Shown in pieces: positions 1 through 11,900 of a DNA stretch of 64,000 nucleotides (position 1 is the stretch's first letter; each line of letters opens with the position of its first letter). A program made the position numbers and the translations under genes. The notes under the pieces are model-generated. The model worked only from the letters and a program-made list of their open reading frames with translations, was not told the origin of the DNA and did no database searches. This DNA comes from Rhizophagus irregularis (taxonomy: Eukaryota), in contig NC_089431.1 of NCBI RefSeq assembly GCF_026210795.1, forward strand, positions 2,914,001-2,978,000, written 5' to 3'.

Positions 1-2809
1 ATTGATTATTAAATTAATAATAAATACTATGGTAATTTCTAGAATCAGGCTTTCTATTATAAATTTTTTTGGTATAATGCTAACTCAAATAAATATATAT
101 AGTATTGCATTATATATATACTATAACGGATTTTTTATAAATTTTTTTTTTTAAAAAAAAATATTTTATATATATATGTAATATCAGATTATTAACAAAT
201 TTTCTTATAACAAACCTTTTATAAAGTAAGTTATCATTATTACAGATTGAATACTAATTAAATAATTTTTATCAAAATAACAAATTACCTTGTTATTTTT
301 TAAGTAAGATTTCTAGTCAAAAAAAAAGCAGAATGTTCAAAAACTTTAAAATTCTAATTAGGTCATAGTAAAAATTTTTTAAAAGTTATATTATATCCTA
401 TACTTAAAATATAATATTCTGGAAAAAAATTTAAATAAAAAAAAAAATAATTATAGAAATATATTAAGAAATATTCTAAGAAATATTTAATAAAAGATGA
501 ATTTATTTTTGGCTGAAATTCAGACGTTGTTAAGATCACTGGCCAACTGACAGGAAGACTAGGCCAAATATGGAGTATTGGGATTATGGAATGCTCGCTA
601 TCATTCACATATATATTAACCCTTTTTTTTACCTGGTTTTTTTTGTTTAAAATCCTCTTTTTTTCTTGCTGTTTCATAATGGGTTTCGCTAGAATTTCCT
701 TATAGGTGAAGACTAAGAGGAGGGATCTCCTCTAAGAACGAGTATGTGCTCAACGCAGAAAGTGCTCTCATAGCCTAAATTTTGCCTAACAGTATACACG
801 TGGGGTCCTTTTCAGGATAATGATTCTTATTTGTATAATGTATTATGATTTATAAACGCTTTTATTCTAATAAAGGATTTAAATATGCTGCAGCTAAAAA
901 AAAAAAAAAAAGATGAATTTATCTGTCAATATCTTTCTAATAAAGAAAATACATATAGATAAACTTGTAATAAGTAAAAAAGCTGTAAAATCTATTAGAA
1001 AAGATCAATAAATTAAATCGTTACAAATAGCATAGGTTGTAAGAAACTAATTATTTTAATTTATAGCATATATAATTTATATGTAGATAAGTATTACTTA
1101 AAATCATATTATTATAGAAAAAAGCTAAATGTCTTAAAAAAATCTGTTGAAAAATTTGCCTTAAAAAAATCTGTCTTAGAAAAAATTAATTGAAAAAATA
1201 AGAGCAAAATACTAGCAAAATAGCAAATTAATTCTTTTAAATTGCTAAAACATTTTTTCAAATAATTTGTCTTAAATGTTTTGAAAAAATCAAACTTTTT
1301 TACTTTTTTACTTTTTTTTTAATAAGTATATCATATATTATATAAGACAAATCATAATTTTTTTTAGAACTTTATTTTAAAATACCTAAAATATAAATAC
1401 TTTTTCTTAATGAACTCTACCTTAAAAAATGATCCAATAAAATTTCTGCTTTAAGATGCTTAAAAATTATTATACTCACTTATTATTTTAAACTATAAAT
1501 GGATTTTAGAAATATTTACAATATTTTAAAAATATATTTTATAAATATTACAAATAAATATAATTATTATTTATTAAAAATGGAATATAATGGGCTAATG
1601 GCATATTTATTAGTTAAATTAGACTATTATAATAATAATCTTTTTTAATATAATTATATTAAAGAAATTCAAGCAACTTTTATATATATAAATCCATTAT
1701 TTATAAATAAAATTTATAAAATGCAAAATTACAAATAACTTCTAATTTAATAATTAAATTTTAATAAAATTTAAAAAATTTAACAATTATTAGATTTATC
1801 TCAATAAGATAAATTGAATAGTGCTTTTTACAATATAGAATTCTAAATATTTTTAAAACAAGTTATAAGTTACACTTTTAGTAAAATTAGTAAAATAGCC
1901 TATTTTTTAAAAAGTTAAAAATTAGTATTATGCAATTTTTTTGGATTTTGTAGTTCTTATTAAACTTTACAATTAAAAAAAGTTTATCAAAATTGGATTA
2001 CTGAATGCTGAGAAAGTTGCAAAAAAAGATGAATTTAACCAAAAGTTCATTATAATTTTATATATTAGATATTTGAATTCTATTATATTATATATTATCT
2101 ATTATAAATCATATAATTAATTGTATTTTTAGCATATATTTAAGCAAACTTTTTTTAAATACTTTTATAAATAAAATTATTAGTTTTTTTTTTAAAACAA
2201 AAAATTTAAATTTTAATAAATTACATAATATGGTAAAATTATTACAAGTGAATTTTACTCCTAGTAAGCATTAAAATCATTCTATATATATATATATAAA
2301 AAATAGATTTTAGCAAAGTAAATTTCAATGAAATGTACTTACTTACCATCTTAATTTAAATATTTGCAATTTACTTATTTGTTTTATTTGTTTATTTATT
2401 CAATTAAAGCCAATTATTTAGACATCATTTTTAATAATTGATTAAATGAATAGTTGCTATAAAATAATAATTAATGAAAATTTTTGATAGGCCAGTATAA
2501 AGAAAAATAGCAAAAAAAGAAAGAAGGTATAATTAAAAAATCCTTAAAAGAGAAAAATAATAATTAGATAATGTAAATATTGTTCTACCAAGTTTTTCTT
2601 TGTCCTTTGATATTAAATATTCCAAAAAATAGATGATATTATTGCGCCATGATGAAATTTTTTAACCCGTTTTTGTAGTATTATATTTTATCGATTGAAA
2701 AATATCAAGTTTTGGTGGCTTTGAAACTTTAATAAACAGCGAAACGTGGAAAAAATGCACAGCCCTAATTGCTATTTTGCTGAAAATCGATCCTTTAAAA
2801 ATTAGTTTA

Positions 2810-3816
2810 ATGGATTTAATGGATTTTAATAAAAGTTGGTATGATAATTTCTCTATTGAGAATGGAATATTAGATATACCATACGAACAAATTAATAAAG
2901 AACGAACAAGAATAGGATTTGGTAAATACGGCATCGTTTATAAAACCACATGTAATTTGTTTGGAGACATAGCTGTTAAAGAATTTTATATCAATGATCA
3001 AGAATATATCGAGAATTTCATTAATGAGGTATGTAAATTATTATTTTTTTTTTTGAAATTCTAAATTTGAATCGAATTCATTTTTTTAGGTGAGAATTCA
3101 CAATCTCGCGCGACATAAAAGAATAATTCAATTTTATGGAATAAGTCGAGGTTAGTTAAAAATTTTTTTTTCTTAATAAGGTCACTTCAATTAATTAATT
3201 TTATATATTTATCTCCAAGACGCGGAAAAAAAATTATATTATATTGTGATGGAATATGCGAATCATGGAACATTACGCGATTTCCTAAGCAAGAGAAATT
3301 CAATGGATTTAAAAGAAAGAATTCGTCTTGTAACTCAAATATCTGAAGGACTTTCTTACCTTCACAATAAATTAAATATTTCTCACCAAGATCTGGTAAA
3401 TATTAAAAATTATGTGCCAATTCATACATTTACAGATTTATTCACACTTTTATTATATAAAACAGCACACGAAAAATATCCTTGTAAAAAATGGGAACAT
3501 TAAAATATCAGATTTTGGAAAATCCAAATGCTTCAAGCACATAAATAATTTTAGTTCAAATAAAATATTTAATAGCTCATCATTCACTTTGTATAAAGTA
3601 TCTGATATTCATAGTTTAGGTGTTATTATATTAGAACTTTCTAATTATCGTAAAACATTACATAAAGAACAACTCTCAAGTAAAATATGTTTAAAGGAAG
3701 ATCGTTTGGAAATACGCGAAAAATCAAGGATGATTTCAAATTTACAATTGAAACCACTTGAACCAGTTTACTTAAACAATGACAAGAAAAGTTACATCTA
3801 TTCTTACGATTTTTAA
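2810..3816 (+). pseudogene. Tyrosine-kinase-like (TKL) protein kinase, internally deleted and truncated (pseudogene or pseudokinase)
   Basis: Exons ~2810-3028, 3090-3150, 3220-3395 and 3466-3816 with GT-AG introns. They join to give GFGKYG (Gly loop), IAVKE, IIQFYG, VMEYANHGTL, HQDLHTKNILV, KISDFG and SDIHSLG. The activation-segment/APE region and the C-lobe end (CW..RP) are missing. Start codon uncertain. Confidence 0.7.
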
Positions 3817-4181
3817 AGTATTGAAAAAAATGTGTGTAGGTCACGTGAAATTTATTGAAAATTTTTATAAATTAATAAATATATAGAATTGAAATTGATT
3901 TACGTAATTATAATTTACGTTAAAAAAGTACTTCAAATTGCTCGTTGAGAGTCCTAACCAATTAAACATTTGAGGGCGCTCTGCCGTAAGTATATTGACA
4001 ATTTTGATTTAGATCGGGAATATATTTTGAAAATGCCAAGAAAAAATGTGAATGCATAAATGCACCGATTAACTTTATTTATATTGAGTAACCTGTTCGC
4101 ATAAAGCAGAAAGAAAATTTTTAGATGGGCGACTGATCTTCGATCTTAGGCGTAATGCGATTAACCCTTTTAATATCTAAA

Positions 4182-5309
4182 CTATACTTCAATCACCTGA
4201 TTTGTCGTTTTATCATAATAGTGAGTAGGTATTAATCTAAATATAGCGAGTTTGAACATCAATTGTTTCTAAAAATAAAAATAAAAAAATAGATGTATTT
4301 TATTTGAATGAAAATAATTATGTAAATTTTTTTTTAATAATTTAAGCAACTTACCAACATATGAGCTTGCTCAACTGTAAGTTGATCACCATATTTACAA
4401 ATCGTATGATCTTGATCTAAAACCAAAAAACCTTGCTCCAGCCTAATAGACATTCCTAAACTTTCCAATATTGGTTTCTGAGTAGGTATTACATATTCAC
4501 CAGTATTATGATATCTTATTTTTCCGGCTGGAATAACTATATCTTGATCAACAAGTCCTCCAGCTCTAGCATAATCATCAAATTGCGTCTTTGAAAAATA
4601 AGAACGAACGTCATCTACTTGTTCGTTCGTAAACAAGATTCCTGCATTACCGACCAATTCCTTTTATAAGGAAAATTGTTTTAATTTAACATAAAATTTT
4701 ATCGTATAAACTAAAGGTTCTTTTAAAAATTAAATTTACTTGTGAAAATTTGGATAAATTCAACTCCTGTTCTTCCTGTTCATCTCTACCCAATGCTTTT
4801 ATAATGATCTTATTCTTGGTGAAGAACAGTCTTTTTTGCAAATTAAAAATTAATATTAATTTATAAACAATAATTAAAATAACGAACTCCTATATAAAAT
4901 TATTAACTTACTTTCCCTTATCTTTCCAATCTGCTCGAATTTGTTGTAAATATGTGTTTCTCATATCCTCAGGTACTATCCTCCATATATATGTATATTG
5001 GGATAAACATTCTTGAATCTATTTAAATTTAAGTAAACATTTGTGGAAATAAAAATTTTATGAGAAAGAAGTTGCGATGAGTAAATATGGTTAATCGAAT
5101 TTATTTTGTAAAAAAAAAAAAATATTAATATCAGACAACAAACATTAGCGATAGCTTTAGTTTTAGCCTCACGAGTTTTCTTTTGAGTCTCAGTTAAATA
5201 AACTGTTAAAACAATAGTTGGTTTAATCAACTGAAGTTTTACCTGTCTATTAACAAAAATATAAATTTTGATATTTACTGTTCTGTTTCTTTCTTCTTGA
5301 TTTCGGCAT
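4182..5309 (-). CDS. MRT4: mRNA turnover protein 4 / 60S ribosome assembly factor (P0 paralogue)
   Basis: Six exons give MPKSRRKK...LTETQKK, DMRNTYLQQIRADWK, LFFTKNK..KALGR, LVGNAGILFTN, DYARAG, LGMSIRLEQG, ICKYGDQLTVEQAHML. These are typical Mrt4 motifs. Stop TAG at 4182-4184. Confidence 0.9.
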
Positions 5310-5630
5310 TATGTGAATTAGATGAAAAAAATTTTTTTATAGTTACAGTTTTTTTTTTGACAATTAGATGTTACAGTGTTGTTACACAGTTTGCGAAATA
5401 TCATTTGGTATAAACGTCACCACTACAGATTTTGTGTAATGGAATCAAAATTTATTTTATAGCTTAAAAATATTAAATTAAATGATACAACTATATGATA
5501 ACTTAAAAAGAAATGTGGAAAATTAGCATGCATATTATGATGTTTAATAAAATGTCTTGTTTTTTTTTAAAAAAAAACGAAGTTTTATAAAGACGCGAAA
5601 TTTCGCAAGAAAAACGCATCAAATTATATT

Positions 5631-7509
5631 CTAATCTAGGAAAGGATTAAATTTCTTTCCACCTCTTCTATTAGAATTAGAATGAGAACCCAAATCGTCA
5701 GTTGTTTCGTCTTTTCCGCTTTCACCTTCAAATATTTCTCGTTCAACGTCTTTTTCAACATTTTCAGCTTCCTCTATATCCTTTTCACCTTTAATCACTT
5801 TCATATAATCAATATCACAAACATGTTGACTTAAAAATTGTTCCAAATAATTTATTCTCTCCGTTATAGTTTCGTCAATACTTGGCAATTCTAAAAGTGG
5901 GATTGATTTTGGATACTGTTTGTGAAGTTCGTTTTTAACTCGTCTTCGAATACAACAGGTTTGAAATATTCCCCATGGACGAATTGGCGAGAACCCTATG
6001 AAATTATAAAGAGAAGGAATTTTGTTAAATAAATAAAATAAATTATAAAATATCAAGAATATGAAACTTACCAAAAATTAAAACATAAAGTCCTGCTAAG
6101 ATTCCATAAAATCCAGCAAGCATACTCATTGAATCCAAAATCTACAAATGAAAAAAGACATCAGCAACATACACAAAAACCTTCATTAAACTTAAATTTA
6201 AGTAAATTAAAAATACTTACTCGGCGCGTTCTAATTTTGTCATTTGTTATTTTTGATAAATATGCATTAGTATTTGATATTTATGTTTAAATAAAGAATT
6301 AGTTAAATGATTTTTTACCTAGATTCAGTTTCAACTTCTTGAAACCAATTCAAAGTTCCGATGAAAAGATTTGCATATTTCTGTTGACCCGTTATAGGCT
6401 GACCAGCGAATTCTATCATATCAGGTGCTGTAACCGATTCTAAATAAATTCGAGATTATGTTTAATTCTTTTGTTTCCTTTTTTTTAACAAAAAAATTAT
6501 AAATAAATAATTATATTCTAACCGTATTTAGAAGTTAGGTAAGGTTCTTCGAAATATGTTGGCGGAAACCCCAAAACACTAAAAAAATTTGTAATCATTT
6601 TTTTCTTTATATGCCTATTTATAAACATCCAATTAATCTAATAAAAATAAAATATTAGCAATTAATTATAAAAAATTTCTTTTTTCTTTAAAAAAAAAAT
6701 ATCTTACTTGTTGAAATCCAATAACGTGATAATTTAATTCATCCAACTTGGCATAAAAATTTGGATCCAATTTTAATGCTTGATCATGAACCCTTTGTGG
6801 TACAGTACGAGGATTAAAATCAGAATCATGAACTTTTACAAACATTCCCGCATCATTTTCTCTTAAATATCTTGGATCATCAATATTTATTGTAAAGTAA
6901 ACCCCATATAACTTTTCAGACATGTTAAATTTTAGTCGACCGTCAATTGAAGTAAACCAACCATGCCATCGTTGATCCTCAGAATTTTGATCACATGATG
7001 GTTGTGTGACCAAATCTTCGTCACATGGTGTTGGTGTCTTTCCATCTAAACAGGAAGAAGTTTTTCGTTAGAAGAAAGACCAAAAAATTTTATGGAACCA
7101 TTTTGCGTGATACGAAAGAAACAACAAATTACAAAAGAAAAATAAAAATACTTACCTAGATATCGAACTTCACACGTAATATTAAAATGATAATTAAACG
7201 TAATCTCCACATCTTTTTTTAAAATCATTTAGTAATTAGAAATGGAAATTTCTTTGGGTATTAAACTTACAAAAAAACCGGTAATAAATCAGCAATCGAT
7301 TTACCTGGGACAGGTATTATTTCTGCTGGTTGTAATTGACTCATCATAATACCTTTATCTAATGCAATCAATGCTGTCAAAATAGCAAAATAACCTCCTA
7401 ATATAGCCACAAGAATAAATAATGCAGTTGCCCTTGCTGATACTAATACAACAGGTTCCGTTTTTCGATATTTTCGAATGATGTCTTGGATTTCATTAAT
7501 AAATTCCAT
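5631..7509 (-). CDS. Two-transmembrane protein with a Cys-containing ectodomain (putative PAC/ENaC-like channel subunit), paralogue A
   Basis: Exons 7509-7305, 7212-7156, 7044-6708, 6637-6523, 6439-6319, 6230-6221, 6141-6072 and 5995-5631 splice in frame. TM1 is ALFILVAILGGYFAILTALIAL. TM2 is SMLAGFYGILAGLYVLIFG, followed by PIRPWG. Colinear with the gene at 8957. Confidence 0.8.
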
Positions 7510-8956
7510 ATTTACTTAATAATTTTAAAATCGGATTTTTTGAGAGTAATTTCTAAATGATAATTTCATAAAATAAAATGACTAATAAACCGCTCTTAAA
7601 GGAACTGTAACAAGTTGAAAGCAACAAGAGAGAGGCGGTGAAAAATTCTTGTGATAGTAGTAAGCAACTATATATCAAGGATTTACATAATGCAAAATAT
7701 GCAGCATAAATTAAAATAGTATATTTGACAACGTATAAGCGATTATTACTATTTTTAAATATTTATTTTTTGTAACATGGCGCTTTCCATATTTGCATTG
7801 ACACAGATCAATCTTCAATGCAATATTGTGTAAATTCTAATGCTTCATATAGTAATGTAGTTTAGCACACTTTTTCTATATCGGAAATTACCTCTTTTAA
7901 CCACCGCACTTACCTTTTATATATATCTTTTAATAAAATTATTTATCAATGATATTTTTGCGAACCGAAACTAAAATCTTGGCGTTCATTCGTCCAGAAC
8001 TTTGTCCTATGCTGATTTATTTACAAAAGAATTTTGTACAGGTTGTAATGTACCACGATGCTAATAATATCATTTAAAAATTCTTTATTTGGTTAATTAT
8101 GAAGGATTGGCGCTTGCTAAAATTATTATTTTTTTAGTCAGTTTAATCATCTTAAAATTTCCACAATACTTAATATTTATAAATTTCTTAGGTGCGATGA
8201 AATCATTTTTTTTTTTAGTGAAAAATCTTAATTAATAATAGATAAAAAATCTTTAAATCGAAAATCTATTTATTTATGACGGATTATTTCTATTATTTTA
8301 AATTTTAGTAATTTCGAATCAACGAAAGTGTGTCTCAAATTCTCAATGGTCTCCATTGATCTACAAGACTTCAATGAAATATTATTTGGTTAAAATAAAT
8401 TAATTTGTGTTATTCTCAATGTTGTTCTTTTTACTTTTGAGAATAAATAGATTTTAAAAGGAGTTTTTTTTTTACTTAGATAGCATAACTATTATTTTAC
8501 GCGATTAATGAAAAAAATTTAAGCGAAGAATAACTGGCGCAAAGTTGTTAATAATAATACTATTTATTATTTCCTTATTTAATCAAGTTCATAATTATAA
8601 TAATAATTTTTACTAACCATAATTGTGCAGTATTACACAACATAAATTCTATTTTATAACTTTTTATATTTCATTCATTGTTATTTTTCAACATGTGGAT
8701 CAACTTTTTTTGTGAAACTAATTTTTAATGAATTCTTTTGGTTACACTACATAATTTTTTGAAATTAAAATAATATTGAATAATTTCCCTTTTTTTCTCC
8801 TTACCACTTTCTTCTTTCCTTTTCTTTTAAGACGGTCTATTTTTTTTTTAAAAAAAAAGAAAAATTAATGATATGCTAAAACTAAAACGGCTGCTTTAAA
8901 GATTGAAAGAAAAGAGTGGAATCGATAATTTTAAGAGTTATTTAATATAATCAAAA

Positions 8957-11900
8957 ATGACGAAATTTGTTCGTGAACCCCGAGAAATACTAAAAAAATA
9001 TCGAAAAACCGAACCTGGTTTATTAGTATTTGTTAGAGGATTATGTTTATCAATTTTATTATTCATATTATTTATTTATTTTGCTATATTAATGTTTTTT
9101 GTTGCCACCGATCAACCTGTTTTATCGAAGATTTTGATTCCTAAATCTTATATTCTTGCACCTGGTAAGGGAAATCACGTGACAAAATATACGCGTCCTG
9201 AATTATTAATTTTTAATTTCTTTGATCTTGTAATTTAGTTGTAAAGATCTCATCAAAATATGCATTTAGTATTACATGTGAATACAATTATCTCGGTAAA
9301 TTTAAAATTTATTCATTCAATATTCTTTCCATCCATTTGTGATTACATTTTCTAACCTCATTGAATAATTAATATAGATCTTCGAACACCAACGGATGAA
9401 GATAGAGCAAATTGTAACAAATATATTGTACCAACAGAATGTAAAGAACAAGATCCAAATAATGTATTTGTTGGACATTGTGTAGGATTATTTAATCCTC
9501 CGATTCAAGATAAATTTAATTTTAGTTTACCTGACAAAAGATATGGAATTTCTTTTTTAATCACTATTACCGATGAAGCATATAATGCTACCGATGATAA
9601 TGGAATGCAAGTTAGAGTTTATGATCAATGTAAGTGATTTGACATCATAAACCTTTATTATTATTTTTTTTTTTAAAAAAGAAAATTGGTATAACTTTAA
9701 CTTTCATAACTTTTTAATTATTGTTTCTTTTTCATAGTATTTAATCCTTCTCAATTATCTGATTCTGTTAGAAAAATAATTAGTCGCCTTGATCCATACT
9801 TTTTAGATAGATTAGAAAATTTAAATTTTCATGTTATGGGTTATCATCAGGTAATTTATTTCAATTAAAATCGTAACTTAAATATATCTTTATTAATTTA
9901 CTAATTATATGTATTAAATAGGTTAATAAAATGTATGTTAGTAGAAAAACGAAAAGGTTTCAAATTCCAACATTCTTTTCTGTATTAGGTATACCACCAA
10001 CATATTTTCCTCAACCATTCATAGAGTCAAATTATGGTAAGATAAGATAATTAATTAGTCTTCTCATTTAATAATAATTCACTCATTAAGTAAATTAATT
10101 CTTTTTTTTTTTTTATAGAATCAGTACAAATTCCTGGTGTAGTTTCAAGTTTTACTAGAAATACGTATGGAAGTTTATTTGTTGGTACTCTAGATTGGAC
10201 TGAAGAAATTCAAACTGAACTCAGGTAAGAGAATTTTATTCTTTATGAAAATTTATCTATCATAAAAGAAATTAATTCCCACTTTTTCTTTTTAATTATG
10301 TTCATAACAGGTCTTCAAATGTAAGGAGAATTAATTTTTTTGTATGATTATTATTATTCAACAAATATTTACGCATAATTTTATAATGTATAGGTATTGG
10401 ACTCATTTGCGTTATTATCTGCATTTTATGGATTACTAGTGGGAGTATATGTTTGTCTATTTGGTAAGAACTTATATATTTTTGACATATTTTCATAAAA
10501 TTCATTTTCTCACAACTCCTAATTTTTTTTTATTTTTAGGTTGGTCTGCTATATTACCGTGGGGAATTTGTCAAACAACATGTTGTAAACGTAAATCAAA
10601 GTCAAATTTACGTGAAAAATTCCCAAGAGGAATACCAATTATTTCACCTCTTCGTTCAGATCAACCAAAATTAGATCGTTTAGAAGCATTAGAAAAATTT
10701 ATTAAATTATTTTTAGTTAATGTAGAAGGTCAGGCTAAGCCTGAATCAAAACCACCAAACATTGAAGATGGTGAAGAAATAATTCCCGATAAAGAAAAGC
10801 CAAAATTTAGACCTTTATCTTTCTTATCGGTTCTTAATACAGCCCCTATGACAAGACCAAATTCAAGGCCTCAAACAAGACCTGTTTCTACCAATACTCA
10901 AGAAAATGAAGTTACTCCTAATGTACCTCCTATACCTGAAGCTAAAGGAAATCTTACTACTGCTAATGCTCCTCCAAACAATCGTTTATCTTTTTTCCTG
11001 TCAAAATTTCCAAAATCTGAATCTCCCGGCAAGAAAACTCTGTCTCCTAATGATACTTTATCAACTACAAACGATTTACCAACGGAATCAGAAACTGGTA
11101 TATCATCATCTGCTCCAAATAATAAAGTTCCAAATAGTACAAATTTACCAACTGGGTCAGGAACCGATATTTCACCAGCAATTCCATATACAGGAGCTCC
11201 GGATGGTAAATCATCTACTAGTAAGAATTTACCGACTAAATCGGAAACTGGCGGATCACCAACTGCTCCAAATAAAATAATTCCAGATAGTAAAAATTTA
11301 CCAACTGGATCAGGAACTGATATTTCACCAGAAATTCCATATACAGGAGCTCCGGATGGTAAATCATCTGCTAGTAAGAATTTACCGACTAAATCGGAAA
11401 CTGGTGCATCACCAACTGCTCCAAATAAAATAATTCCAGATAGTAAAAATTTACCAACTGGATCAGGAACTGATATTTCACCAGCAATTCCATACACAGG
11501 AGCTCCGGATGGTAAATCATCTGCTAGTAGGAATTTACCGACTAAATCAGAAACTGGCGGATCACCAACTGCTCCAAATAAAATAATTCCAGATAGTAAA
11601 AATTTACCAACTGGATCAGGAACTGATATTTCACCAGAAATTCCATATACAGGAGCTCCGGATGGTAAATCATCTGCTAGTAAGAATTTACCGGCTAAAT
11701 CGGAAACTGGTGCATCGTCAACTGCTCCAAATAAAAAACTTCCAGAACCAATTGGATCAGATACAGATATTTTATCAGCAATCCCGTATATAGGTGCTCC
11801 GGATAATAAATCGTCAACTACAAAGAATTTACCAACTAAATCAGAAACTGATGTACCATCAGCCGCTCCAAATAAAATAATTTCAGATAATACACATTTA

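Noticed and set aside
3935..4170. GC-richer patch with ATACTTAC and ATCGC...CTAAGATC on the minus strand, suggesting U1, U2 or U11 snRNA
   Set aside because: The matches are too short and the downstream conserved cores (CTGG, GTGTAGTA, Sm-site context) are missing. More likely the MRT4 3' region.
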